DNA of 64,000 nucleotides from Candidatus Omnitrophota bacterium. Lineage in GTDB: Bacteria > Omnitrophota > Gorgyraeia > Gygaellales > Profunditerraquicolaceae. The position numbers and the translations under genes are program-made. The stretch covers positions 598 to 64,597 of the forward strand of contig QNCD01000001.1 in assembly GCA_003644385.1 (NCBI GenBank). Reading direction: 5' to 3'. Every line of letters starts with the position of its first letter. Position 1 is the first letter of the stretch. Below, piece after piece: positions 37,019-46,663 of the stretch. The notes under the pieces are model-generated. The model did not search any database. It worked only from the letters and a program-made list of their open reading frames with translations, and was not told the DNA's origin.

Positions 37019-38863
37019 TTATTCTCTTCTTCTTTCGGCAAGAAGAACCACATTCCTTAATTCTTCCTCTCCCTTTACACCCAGCCAATCTCTTTCAAAT
37101 TCAGGATTCTGGGCGATCTGGGCAATAGCGGCTAAGACTTTCAAATGCAGTTGGCGCTGATCAATAGATCCCACAAGCACAAATATGGTATGCACTATAT
37201 TATCATCGGGGAAAATTATCCCTTTTTTAGCCCTGAGTAAAAGAATCTCAAAAATATTCTCACCCTCAACCACAATATGGGGAATTGCCAGGCCTTTCTT
37301 TATTACTGTGTTTGCCTCCTTCTCCCGTTCAATAAATTTTCTAAATAAATTCTCGGGCGCTAAATTTAACTTCTTTCCTAACTTATCAGAAATCCGCCTG
37401 AAGAAATCTTCCATTTCTAAAATCTCTTCGATATCTAAAATATCGGATTGTTCGATAAGTTTATGAAATTTATCTTCAATAATTTCATCTCTCTGAATAA
37501 CGATATCTTTCAGCTCTGTCAGGAGATTATCCGATATTAATTCTTTATCCTTGGCCACTAGCCTTTCTAAAGCATATATTAAAGCAGAATCGCCAACCGC
37601 TCGTTTCTGGGCATAAAGCTTATACCAGGCAAACCCCGCTAAAATAAAAATAACCGTCAGAAAAACAATAAAGGTACCCATTTCAATTAAAAGAAAGGTT
37701 CCCCCCAGTATCCCTATGGTTTGCAAATATGGATAAAAAGGAGCGTAGAATTTTGGTCGGTAGCTGGAAATTCTGCTCGCCCTAAACAAAATAAGGGTAA
37801 AATTTGCAAAAATATAAAGCAGGATTAAGATACTGGAGGCAACCTTGACTAATAAATCCAGCTGTAAAAACATAATAACAGCTACCATAAATAAACCGGT
37901 AAATAAAATGGAAAGGTACGGCGTTTTAAACTTAGAGCTTATTCTTTGAAAAGCAGCGGGTAAAAGTTTATCTCTGCTCATACCCAGGGGATAGCGTGCC
38001 GCAGTCATAATTCCGGCATTAGCAGTAGAAATAAAAGCCAGAAATGCTCCGATGCTTATTATTATTCTTAAAATATCTCCGCCAATGGCTCCTGCTCCGT
38101 CAGATATAGGTATAAGGGTGCCCTTTAAACTTTCGGGATTTAACACGCCGACAGTTACATAAATGACTACAGCATAAAGACAGGAAGTAACCGCCAAGGA
38201 AAGAATCATCCCCAAAGGTAAGTTCCTTCCGGGATTTTTTACCTCTTCGGCTAAAGCAGCCACCTTAGTCAACCCGCCATAAGAAATAAAAACAAAGCTT
38301 GCCGTAGCAAACATCGCTCCGAGACCATTGGAGAAGAAAGGAGAAAAATTTATTGGTTTTGCTGCTTTTACCCCTAAGATAACATAACCTAAAAGCACTG
38401 CGATAAGCCCCAGGACTAAAATTACCTGGAATCTTCCTGCCTCTTTGACGCCGACCAAATTTAAAAAAATAAAAAACAGACAGCAAATAACAGCAATAAT
38501 ATTCAAAGGAAGATGGGTTATTATACTTAGATATGCACCCATACCAATGAGAGCAAAGGCGCCTTTTAAACTTAAAGAAAACCAAGTAGAAAAGCCGGCT
38601 ACAGTACCTAAGAGAGGGCCGAAACCCCTCATGATATAAAAATAATCCCCTCCGGCCTTAGGCATGGCAGTGGTCAATTCAGCCATGCTGAAAAGGGTAG
38701 GAAGACAGAATAATCCCGCTATGGAATAAGAAAGAATAACCGCCGGGCCCGCTTTAGCAAAAGCTATACCGGGCAAAATAAATAAACCGGAACTAATCAT
38801 CGCTCCGGTTGCCACGCAGAAAATATCCAAAAGATTAAGTTCTTTTTTTAAACTCTTTTCCAT
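37019..38863 (-). CDS. APC-family amino acid permease fused to a C-terminal PTS EIIA(Ntr)-type (PTS_EIIA_2) domain
   Basis: About 12 TM segments with APC blocks, then REKEANTVIKKGLAIPHIVVE...HTIFVLVGS, matching EIIA-2 with the phosphorylatable His in the G-x-A-I-P-H motif. Confidence 0.7.
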   Translation of the reverse strand: MEKSLKKELNLLDIFCVATGAMISSGLFILPGIAFAKAGPAVILSYSIAGLFCLPTLFSMAELTTAMPKAGGDYFYIMRGFGPLLGTVAGFSTWFSLSLKGAFALIGMGAYLSIITHLPLNIIAVICCLFFIFLNLVGVKEAGRFQVILVLGLIAVLLGYVILGVKAAKPINFSPFFSNGLGAMFATASFVFISYGGLTKVAALAEEVKNPGRNLPLGMILSLAVTSCLYAVVIYVTVGVLNPESLKGTLIPISDGAGAIGGDILRIIISIGAFLAFISTANAGIMTAARYPLGMSRDKLLPAAFQRISSKFKTPYLSILFTGLFMVAVIMFLQLDLLVKVASSILILLYIFANFTLILFRASRISSYRPKFYAPFYPYLQTIGILGGTFLLIEMGTFIVFLTVIFILAGFAWYKLYAQKRAVGDSALIYALERLVAKDKELISDNLLTELKDIVIQRDEIIEDKFHKLIEQSDILDIEEILEMEDFFRRISDKLGKKLNLAPENLFRKFIEREKEANTVIKKGLAIPHIVVEGENIFEILLLRAKKGIIFPDDNIVHTIFVLVGSIDQRQLHLKVLAAIAQIAQNPEFERDWLGVKGEEELRNVVLLAERRRE

Positions 38864-38940
38864 TTTGCTTATCTAAAATATGGCTTAATCTTTTCTACAT
38901 TTAGTCTTTCCTGATTATACCACTTTTATCATAAAATTGT

Positions 38941-38980
38941 AAATAAAACAAAAAGAGCCGCCAAAATTAATTGGCGGGCT
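38941..38980 (-). terminator. Rho-independent terminator (minus strand)
   Basis: On the minus strand, GCCCGCCAA-ttaatt-TTGGCGGC is followed by CTCTTTTTGTTTTATTT, immediately downstream of the tRNA-fragment repeat. Confidence 0.5.
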
Positions 38981-38986
38981 TATTGG

Positions 38987-39028
38987 TTGCGGGGAACGGA
39001 TTTGAACCGTTGACCTTTAGGTTATGAG
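38987..39028 (-). repeat. 42-bp exact duplicate of the 3' half of tRNA-fMet (distal att-like direct repeat)
   Basis: ttgcggggaacggatttgaaccgttgacctttaggttatgag is identical to 40268-40309. Confidence 0.85.
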
Positions 39029-39117
39029 GCTTAAAAACTCCGTCTTTTTAGAACTCCCTTTTAAGCCTCATCACCTCCTTTAGTCTATTGAAACTACTCC
39101 TTTACTTTGGAATAATT

Positions 39118-40170
39118 CTAATTTGTTAATTCCTTAAGGGTTTTTGACTTTTGTAAAATTAACTTACTTAAAATATTATTCCCTTCTGAAGTCAAATGAA
39201 CAGGATCAATAAAATATTTTTTAAAATCATTACTATCAAAATAGTTATGTAAATCGATAAATTCACAATTATATTTTTTTGCGATTTTATTTAAAATAAC
39301 GGGGATATTGCTATATTTATCGCTATAATCTTCGTAATTAGTTGTCATCTCTCCAAAATTTCTTGCCATTAAAACTTCTGGCATTAGAATAACTTTTATA
39401 TTTTTACTTACACTTAAGTCAACACAACTATCTATATTTTTATAAAATTCATTTTCTAGTTCTTTATATCTCACAGAGTTTCGCTCATAAGACTTAGTTT
39501 GATTAGATTGATTTATGAGGAATTTTTCTTTGAGTGTCACTAATAATAGGCTGTATCTTTCTAAGAAATTGTAAAAGGAGCCTAATTTAGCAGAAACAGT
39601 TGCATAAATTTTATTAACATCTTTTATAAATATGTCATTGTATCCACAGTAAAAAATGATTAATTTTGGAGAAATTTTTTCTAATATTCTCTTAAGAGGT
39701 TTATAATAGCTATCTGAAGACCTTCCGGCCATTCCCATATTTACAATAATATATTTTATATGGTTAGAGCTTGAAAGTGAACTATTAACCAGTTGATTAA
39801 GAAGATACGGATACCTATGCTCAGGCTCATTAAATACACCTGCAGTTGAAGAACCGCCAACACAAACTATATATTCATAATTCCTATTGTTTATATCGTA
39901 AGGTAATCGTAAATCATTAAATGCTTTATTTAAAAAAGTATCTACATCAATTTCAGAAATTTTTATATATTTATTATTTATATCTGATTTTTCACTATCC
40001 TTTCTTAACCCATAAAATAACCAAGCCCGATTTTTCTGTTTTATTGAGTAGCGTATTCTTTGCGTAACTTCAAGTGAAAGAAATATAATCAGAAGAGGTA
40101 TGAGTGAAAAAAGAGAATATTTAATTATTTTTCTAAGCGGAATCAGCATCTCCTTGACTTGATATAACAA
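39118..40170 (-). CDS. Membrane-anchored SGNH/GDSL-family hydrolase
   Basis: N-terminal TM segment; SGNH blocks IVCVGGSSTAG (I), NMGMAGRSS (II), FYCGYNDI (III), DPVHLTSEG (V, DxxH). Confidence 0.6.
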   Translation of the reverse strand: MLYQVKEMLIPLRKIIKYSLFSLIPLLIIFLSLEVTQRIRYSIKQKNRAWLFYGLRKDSEKSDINNKYIKISEIDVDTFLNKAFNDLRLPYDINNRNYEYIVCVGGSSTAGVFNEPEHRYPYLLNQLVNSSLSSSNHIKYIIVNMGMAGRSSDSYYKPLKRILEKISPKLIIFYCGYNDIFIKDVNKIYATVSAKLGSFYNFLERYSLLLVTLKEKFLINQSNQTKSYERNSVRYKELENEFYKNIDSCVDLSVSKNIKVILMPEVLMARNFGEMTTNYEDYSDKYSNIPVILNKIAKKYNCEFIDLHNYFDSNDFKKYFIDPVHLTSEGNNILSKLILQKSKTLKELTN

Positions 40171-40267
40171 AATCCTTTGATAAGTAATAATAGTGTGGTA
40201 GTAATTAATATATCTTTTTTCATATTATCCAATATCTTTTTAATTTTACTTCCTCTAAAATAAAAAA

Positions 40268-40341
40268 TTGCGGGGAACGGATTTGAACCGTTGACCTTTA
40301 GGTTATGAGCCTAACGAGCTACCAGACTGCTCCACCCCGCG
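40268..40341 (-). tRNA. tRNA-Met (CAU), initiator-type
   Basis: The sense sequence CGCGGGGTGGAGCAGTCTGGTAGCTCGTTAGGCTCATAACCTAAAGGTCAACGGTTCAAATCCGTTCCCCGCAA has a C1xA72 mismatch, A11:U24 and a CAU anticodon. It is near-identical to E. coli tRNA-fMet, although the anticodon stem has only 2 consecutive G-C pairs. Confidence 0.8.
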
Positions 40342-40458
40342 ATATCTTTTTGTAAGGTGGGATCCCGAAAGAAGTGAGGGACTCCACCCCGTGATTATTT
40401 ATATTCGAGTCACACTTTGTCACTTGTGACTTTGTGATCCATGCAATAAAGAACAATA

Positions 40459-40731
40459 CTACTCTACCTCAGGAATTATCTTCACCGGAACTTCGCCCTT
40501 ACGTACCAAACCCATCTTCTCTCTGATTATCTTCTCCTGATAAAGGGGATCTCTTTCCAAACGCTTTAGTTCCGTATTCAAAAGAGTATTTTCTACTTTT
40601 AATTGCTTGATCCTATCCTCTAATTCTTTATTCCTGTCCCTTAAGTCCTGCAGCTTTGAGAAGCCCGGTAAAAATATTACCAAGAAAAGAATTACAAGCC
40701 CTGAATACAAAAATGCCCTTTTTAAAATCAT
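40459..40731 (-). CDS. ftsB: Cell division protein FtsB/DivIC-like (septum formation initiator)
   Basis: 90 aa with an N-terminal TM segment and a coiled coil ([49 protein letters not shown]), a typical FtsB layout. It sits downstream of eno, as in many bacteria. Confidence 0.7.
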   Translation of the reverse strand: MILKRAFLYSGLVILFLVIFLPGFSKLQDLRDRNKELEDRIKQLKVENTLLNTELKRLERDPLYQEKIIREKMGLVRKGEVPVKIIPEVE

Positions 40732-42011
40732 TTCTTCCAGAGAGTGCCGGCGTAAACCGCCTCTCCTTTTAATTCTTCCTCGATGCGCAGCAATTCATTA
40801 TATTTGCAGACCCTGTCTGTCCTAGATAAAGATCCGGTCTTAATCTGGCCTACCCCGGTAGCTACAGCAAGGTGCGCAATAGTCGTATCTTCGGTCTCTC
40901 CTGAACGGTGGGAAATTATTGCCGCATATTTATTTTTCTTGGCTAAATTTACTACCTCTAAAGTTTCAGAAAGAGAACCGATCTGATTTACTTTTACCAG
41001 AATAGCATTACCTATCTTCTGTTCTATTCCTTTTCTAAAAATCTCAGGGTTAGTGACAAAAATATCATCGCCGACTAGCTGCGTCTTTTCACCTAAGGCC
41101 TGGGTCATTTCTTTCCAGCCACCCCAATCATGTTCAGAAAGCCCGTCTTCTATCGAAACAATCGGATATTTTCCGATCCAGTCTTTATAAATATTTATCA
41201 AATCTTTGCTGTTTTTTGCCGCGCCCTCAAATTGATAAACGCCGTCTTTTTCAGAAAACCCTGGTTTATAAAAAGAACTGGCAGCACAATCCAAAGCCAG
41301 ATAAATATCCTTTGCCGGTTTGAAACCTGCTTTTTCTACAGCCTGAAGGATTAAAGTCAAGGCCTCTTCGTTTGAATTAAGCCGGGGAGCAAATCCTCCC
41401 TCATCCCCCACGGATGTAGAGAGCGCTTTAGATTTAAGAAGAGATTTTAAACTGTGGAATACTTCGGTAGCATACCTTATTGCTTCGGAAAAGCTGGGTG
41501 CTCCTATCGGCATAATCATAAATTCCTGAATATCCAAATTATTATCAGCGTGCAAGCCGCCATTTAGGATATTCATCAGAGGCACAGGCAAAATATTTGC
41601 CTGATTACCGCCTAAAAATCTATATAAAGGCTGCCTATTTGCCAATGCCGCGGCCTTTGCAACTGCTAACGATACTCCTAATATAGCATTAGCACCTAAT
41701 TTTGACTTATTAGCTGTGGCATCTAAGTCAATAAGAAGTTTATCTATTTTTTTAAAATCAGGCTCTAAACCCTTTATCTTTAAAGCAATTACACTATTAA
41801 CATTATTGACTGCCTTAAGTACTCCTTTTCCCAAATATTTGGATTTGTCGCCATCCCTCAATTCCAGGGCTTCTTTTTCACCTGTGGAAGCTCCGGAAGG
41901 AACCGCAGCCCGGCCTAAAATCCCATTATCCAGAATAATATCCACCTCGATAGTAGGGTTCCCCCGTGAATCCAGAATTTGCCGCCCAATAGTCTCTCTT
42001 ATTTTTTCCAT
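40728..42011 (-). CDS. eno: Enolase
   Basis: Conserved over the full length ([18 protein letters not shown]). Confidence 0.95.
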   Translation of the reverse strand: MEKIRETIGRQILDSRGNPTIEVDIILDNGILGRAAVPSGASTGEKEALELRDGDKSKYLGKGVLKAVNNVNSVIALKIKGLEPDFKKIDKLLIDLDATANKSKLGANAILGVSLAVAKAAALANRQPLYRFLGGNQANILPVPLMNILNGGLHADNNLDIQEFMIMPIGAPSFSEAIRYATEVFHSLKSLLKSKALSTSVGDEGGFAPRLNSNEEALTLILQAVEKAGFKPAKDIYLALDCAASSFYKPGFSEKDGVYQFEGAAKNSKDLINIYKDWIGKYPIVSIEDGLSEHDWGGWKEMTQALGEKTQLVGDDIFVTNPEIFRKGIEQKIGNAILVKVNQIGSLSETLEVVNLAKKNKYAAIISHRSGETEDTTIAHLAVATGVGQIKTGSLSRTDRVCKYNELLRIEEELKGEAVYAGTLWKK

Positions 42012-42176
42012 ATAATCTCCTATTCCTCTTTATGAAAACAGACAGGAATAGTAGAATAACACACCCGTTTTGCCTAGTCAAGCAAAAACTACCCCCTCTT
42101 CTTTATTGACTTTTATGAATATTCATGTTAAGCTAAATTTCTGTTCATAAAATAAGAAAAGAAAGGGAGCTAGAAA

Positions 42177-43868
42177 ATGTCGGATTTAAGAAAATTAAAA
42201 GTATATTTTAGATTGCACTGGATCAAAATATTGCTTATAACCCTTGCCAGTATTTTAGGGATATTCACGGTTATCGTGCTTTCTGCCGGCGTCACTGCCA
42301 TGCTTAACCTGGAGTCCTTCTATAAACAGCTGCAATTCTCAAGCATCCCTTTACAATTCTTCTTTTCAATTGTCACCGCGATTATCTTTGCTTCCATCTA
42401 CACTATTTTCCATTATTGGTTCTTTTTTGGCGGGGGGATGACTAAATTAGGCCAGAAAAAAGTAAAAAGCGAAGAAGTAAATATACGCTGGAAGGAAGTC
42501 ATTGGAATGGATGAAGTAAAACGCGAAGCCTGGGAAGTAGTACAGCTGCTCAAAGACCGCTCCAGCCTGCAGCGTGTAGGCGGCAGGGTAATCAAAGGGC
42601 TCCTGCTCTCCGGCCCTCCGGGATGCGGCAAGACCTACCTGGCAAAAGCTATTGCAACAGAAGTAGGTTTGCCTTTTTTATCGGTAGTAGGCAGCGAAAT
42701 AGAAGGTATTATTGTAGGATTAGGGGCGGCAAAACTGCGCGCTCTTTTTAAAGAAGCCAGAGCCATGGCAGAGCTTCACGGCGGATGTATCGTATTTATT
42801 GACGAGGTAGATTCCATTGCCCGGCCGCGCCGCGGAGATATGGGTTTCGGCGGACAGATGAGCGCAAATGCCGCTGTAAATCAACTGCTCACGGAAATGG
42901 ACGGCTTAAGAAAAATAGAAAATAATGTTGTAGTAATCGGAGCAACTAACGTTGATGAACGCGAACTTGACCCGGCTTTAATGCGCGCCGGAAGATTTGA
43001 CAGAAAAATCTATATCGGATTGCCGAGCCTAAAAGACAGGGAGAATTTATTCCGTTTTTATCTTAGTAAAATAAAGTACGATCCAGAAAGCATCGATGTA
43101 GCTGTAGTTGCCCGGAAAGCGGTTTATAAAAGCCCTGCGGATATATCTAATATCGCCCGCGAAGCCAGTATTATCGCGGTGCGCAATAAAAAAGAAAAAG
43201 TTACCATGAAAGAAATAAATGAAGCCATGGACAGGATAGACTTAGGTTTAAAGAAACCCATTGAATTCAGCGAAAAAGAAAAAGAGCAAGTCGCCTATCA
43301 CGAGGCCGGCCATGCTATCGTAGCTTACCTCCTGCACCCTACTGATGACGTCTTTAAAGCCAGTATCATTCCGCGCAGTATCGGGCTGGGGGTTGTCTCT
43401 CACCATTCGCGCCAAGAATCGCATATCCACAACCGTGAATATTACCTGGCTAACATTAAAGTAACACTGGGCTCATACGTGGCGGAAAAATTAAAATTCA
43501 ATACCACCACCTCCGGCGTAGATGAAGATATGCATCAGGCAATGTGGTGGGCCTATAATATGGTCTGGCGCTGGGGCATGGGGCCGTCAGGCTTAAAAGG
43601 GAATTTTAAGGCATTAGAAGCTTCTTTTGGTAATCCTTTAGGATTTAGCACGCCAAACTTTCTTTCTGAAAAAACAAAAGAAAAATTAGATGAAGACGTG
43701 CAGAAGATAATCCAGCAGTGCCTCCAGGAAGTAGAAGGACTGTTAACCAAAGAAGCTCAACTGCTAGAGCGCTTCGCACAAGAACTGAAAAACAGGCAGG
43801 AACTCGATTATGATGAAATTGAAGCTATATTCAAGGAATGCGGAAAAGAAAGACTGCGCCAGCCATAA
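42177..43868 (+). CDS. ftsH: ATP-dependent zinc metalloprotease FtsH (compact form)
   Basis: N-terminal TM segments, AAA+ module (GPPGCGKT, DEVD) and M41 protease with HEAGHAIV zinc motif. Confidence 0.8.
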   Translation: MSDLRKLKVYFRLHWIKILLITLASILGIFTVIVLSAGVTAMLNLESFYKQLQFSSIPLQFFFSIVTAIIFASIYTIFHYWFFFGGGMTKLGQKKVKSEEVNIRWKEVIGMDEVKREAWEVVQLLKDRSSLQRVGGRVIKGLLLSGPPGCGKTYLAKAIATEVGLPFLSVVGSEIEGIIVGLGAAKLRALFKEARAMAELHGGCIVFIDEVDSIARPRRGDMGFGGQMSANAAVNQLLTEMDGLRKIENNVVVIGATNVDERELDPALMRAGRFDRKIYIGLPSLKDRENLFRFYLSKIKYDPESIDVAVVARKAVYKSPADISNIAREASIIAVRNKKEKVTMKEINEAMDRIDLGLKKPIEFSEKEKEQVAYHEAGHAIVAYLLHPTDDVFKASIIPRSIGLGVVSHHSRQESHIHNREYYLANIKVTLGSYVAEKLKFNTTTSGVDEDMHQAMWWAYNMVWRWGMGPSGLKGNFKALEASFGNPLGFSTPNFLSEKTKEKLDEDVQKIIQQCLQEVEGLLTKEAQLLERFAQELKNRQELDYDEIEAIFKECGKERLRQP

Positions 43869-44665
43869 TACCTATCCTCATTGCTGTGTTTCTATCGGGT
43901 TGCTTAAAGATAGAACCTACCTATACTAAAGAAAAAATCGTTGACTCTGTAATCTCGCTGTGCCTCACCGAATATAATATTGAACCTAAAGTCTGGCTGC
44001 TTGAAGACACGCTCTGGATTTATATCCCTGTCAGCTCTCTGATTACCAGCAACCTGCAGCTTGACCAGGAGACTTTTATAGCTATAAATAAAGTCATGCT
44101 CGGAGCAAGCCGGGTGGTATTAAGTATGAAGCCCCGGCCGCAATTTATAGTGGTAGTAGCCTCAGATACACAGCAATACGGCTTGGATTACATGATTACT
44201 ACATGGATTCCGGATATAGTTAAATATCAGCTACAATTAATTTCGCGCGACGAATTCGGCAGGCGCAATTTAATAGAAATCAGCGAAGATGCCAAAGCCT
44301 TAGGCGATGAGGAAGGCCGGCATTTAGAAAAAAAAGATATAAACTTCTGGGAATTCTTAAGCCTTCAGATTTCCCAACGCATCCGTTTTAAATTTACTTT
44401 GGACCCCAAGTATCAGGATTATTTTAAATTGGGAGAAATAAATTCCGAAATCAGCGGTAATACTTTCAGGATAAAGGCTTATATAGAAAAAATTAAAGCC
44501 TTACCTGATGATAAAATTAACGTACAAAAGGAGATCGCTAAGATTGTTTTTGAGGTAATAAAAGCTTACGAAATCAAAGACTATCTTTTAATAGATATAG
44601 AAAATACTGCTACCGGCAAGAAAGCCCTTTTTACAAAATCTGAGCTGGTGAAGCTATTAAGGTAG
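43838..44665 (+). CDS. Hypothetical lipoprotein
   Basis: Lipobox FLSGC. No family recognised. The ORF overlaps the ftsH 3' end by ~30 nt. Confidence 0.4.
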   Translation: MRKRKTAPAIIPILIAVFLSGCLKIEPTYTKEKIVDSVISLCLTEYNIEPKVWLLEDTLWIYIPVSSLITSNLQLDQETFIAINKVMLGASRVVLSMKPRPQFIVVVASDTQQYGLDYMITTWIPDIVKYQLQLISRDEFGRRNLIEISEDAKALGDEEGRHLEKKDINFWEFLSLQISQRIRFKFTLDPKYQDYFKLGEINSEISGNTFRIKAYIEKIKALPDDKINVQKEIAKIVFEVIKAYEIKDYLLIDIENTATGKKALFTKSELVKLLR

Positions 44666-45259
44666 GATTTTTACTTTTCTTCCTTGCAGTTTTAACTTGC
44701 CTTCTGCAACTAATTGAATGGCCTTGGGATAAAGTTGGTGCTCTATCTTGTGGATTTTTCTCTCTAAAGAATCCTCGCTATCGCCCTCTTCCACCATGAC
44801 TGCTTTCTGCAAAATTATTGCCCCGTGGTCCATTTTCTCATCTACGAAATGAACGGTCACGCCGGTAACTTTTACTCCGTAATCAAAAGCGTCTTTTATA
44901 GCATGCGCTCCCTTAAAGCTGGGCAGCAGAGCAGGATGAATATTTATGATTTTATCTTTATATTGGGCGACAAATTCCGCACTCACTAAACGCATATAAC
45001 CGGCCAGAACAATTAACTCAATATTGTTTTCCTTTAAGTGCTCGATAATTTTATCCTCATATCCCTTCTTATCATTGAAATTTTCTCTTTTTACTAAGGC
45101 TATCTTTATTCCTGCGCGCTTTGCTTTGGCGATTGCTTTGGCCTTGGGATTATCAGAGACTAACAAGGCTAAATTCGCTTTGATTTTACCTTTTTTTACT
45201 GCCCTGATTATAGCGGCAAAATTGCTGCCGCGTCCTGAGGCAAAAACAGCTATATTCAT
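44657..45259 (-). CDS. purN: Phosphoribosylglycinamide formyltransferase
   Basis: MNIAVFASGRGSNF...HPALLPSFKG. The start was placed at the internal MNIAVF (ATGA overlap with the rnfB stop); the track ORF extends to 45319. Confidence 0.85.
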   Translation of the reverse strand: MNIAVFASGRGSNFAAIIRAVKKGKIKANLALLVSDNPKAKAIAKAKRAGIKIALVKRENFNDKKGYEDKIIEHLKENNIELIVLAGYMRLVSAEFVAQYKDKIINIHPALLPSFKGAHAIKDAFDYGVKVTGVTVHFVDEKMDHGAIILQKAVMVEEGDSEDSLERKIHKIEHQLYPKAIQLVAEGKLKLQGRKVKILP

Positions 45260-46047
45260 TCTTTCATCCTTATCGTCTTCATCGGACAGACTTTTACGCA
45301 CTCTCCACACGAAGTGCATTTATTATAGTCTATAACTGCCAAATTATCAACTACGTGTATAGCATCAAATTTACAGGCTTTTTCGCACAATTTACAGGCA
45401 ATACATCCTACTGGACAAACTGCCTTTGTACCTTTACCTAAATCACCAGAGTTGCAGGATACGTATACTTTTGCTTTTAGCGGAATCAAGCTAAATAATT
45501 TTTTGGGGCAAGCCTCCACGCATCTATTGCAGGCGCGGCATTTATTTTCGTCCACAACCGGTAAGCCCTCCTTTGACATTTTTATTGCGTCAAAATGGCA
45601 TACAGCCACGCAAGTCCCGAATCCCAGGCAGCCATAAGAACAGTCCTTCTGCCCCCCAAATAGAAGATTTGCCGCGATGCAGTCTTTAGCGCCTTTATAA
45701 ATAAATTTGTTCTTTACTCTCTCGGCTGTACCATTGCAATGTAAAACAGCTACCTGCTTTTCCGCTGCCTTAGCTTCTATGCCCAGGATATCCGCGATTT
45801 TCTTACGCGCTTCTTCATCGCTTACCGAACATCTTTGTAAGCCGCAATTTCCCTTAACCAAAGCCTCAGCAAAACCCCTGCATCCCGGCAAACCGCAGGC
45901 GCCGCAGTTTACTCCGGGCAGAATAGAGCATACCTTTTCTATCCGTGGGTCAACATCCACTTGAAATTTTTTTGCCGCCAGGGCAAGGCCTATGCCAAAA
46001 AGTATGCCTAATCCGCTTAAAGTTAAAATCGAGGCTAGCATGTCCAT
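45256..46047 (-). CDS. rnfB: Rnf complex subunit B (Fe-S)
   Basis: N-terminal TM segment, CGACGLPGC cluster motif and 2x 4Fe-4S ferredoxin motifs. Confidence 0.85.
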   Translation of the reverse strand: MDMLASILTLSGLGILFGIGLALAAKKFQVDVDPRIEKVCSILPGVNCGACGLPGCRGFAEALVKGNCGLQRCSVSDEEARKKIADILGIEAKAAEKQVAVLHCNGTAERVKNKFIYKGAKDCIAANLLFGGQKDCSYGCLGFGTCVAVCHFDAIKMSKEGLPVVDENKCRACNRCVEACPKKLFSLIPLKAKVYVSCNSGDLGKGTKAVCPVGCIACKLCEKACKFDAIHVVDNLAVIDYNKCTSCGECVKVCPMKTIRMKE

Positions 46048-46053
46048 ATTATA

Positions 46054-46662
46054 TTAAAACCTGAAACCGTTAAAACCCATGAATGCCAGGCTGATCAAAG
46101 AGGCTACTAAAAAGGCAATGGGAATACCCTTAAAACACTCCGGCATATCGTTCAACTCCAGCCTTTCTCTTATTCCGGACATTAAAAGTAATGCCAAGGT
46201 AAACCCTACACCTGCGAAAACTGACTGCACCAGAGAAAGCGCAAAACTGAAAGCAACTGCCTGGCCCTTTACAAAAAAATTATTGATATTTAAGACCGTT
46301 ACTCCTAAAACCGCACAATTAGTAGTGATTAAAGGCAGGTATATACCCAAAGTGCGGTACAAAATAGGGGATTTCTTTAATATCACCATCTCGGCAAACT
46401 GAACAAAAGTTGCTATTACTAATATAAAAGTTATAGTCCTTAAATAAGTTATATTAAAAGGCAGCAATATGAAACGGTAAAGCAGCCAGGTAATTATTCC
46501 TGACAAAGTCATCACAAATATAACTGCCGCCCCCATACTTATGGCCGGCTTGATATTGCGCGATACCCCCAAAAAAGGACACAACCCCAGGAACTTCGAG
46601 AGGATAAAGTTGTTTATGAATATCATGCTGATGATAACGGTCAGAAATAATTTTAATTCCAT
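46054..46662 (-). CDS. rnfA: Rnf complex subunit A
   Basis: NqrE-like polytopic membrane protein of ~200 aa. Confidence 0.85.
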   Translation of the reverse strand: MELKLFLTVIISMIFINNFILSKFLGLCPFLGVSRNIKPAISMGAAVIFVMTLSGIITWLLYRFILLPFNITYLRTITFILVIATFVQFAEMVILKKSPILYRTLGIYLPLITTNCAVLGVTVLNINNFFVKGQAVAFSFALSLVQSVFAGVGFTLALLLMSGIRERLELNDMPECFKGIPIAFLVASLISLAFMGFNGFRF

Positions 46663-46663
46663 A

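Larger units (their letters stand above)
38987..40341. mobile_element. Putative integrase-less genomic islet inserted at the 3' end of tRNA-fMet (AT-rich, carries one SGNH hydrolase gene)
   Basis: tRNA 3'-half direct repeats flank a ~1.24-kb segment that is visibly far more AT-rich than the flanks. This is the classic tRNA-targeted island signature, though no recombinase is present. Confidence 0.5.
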
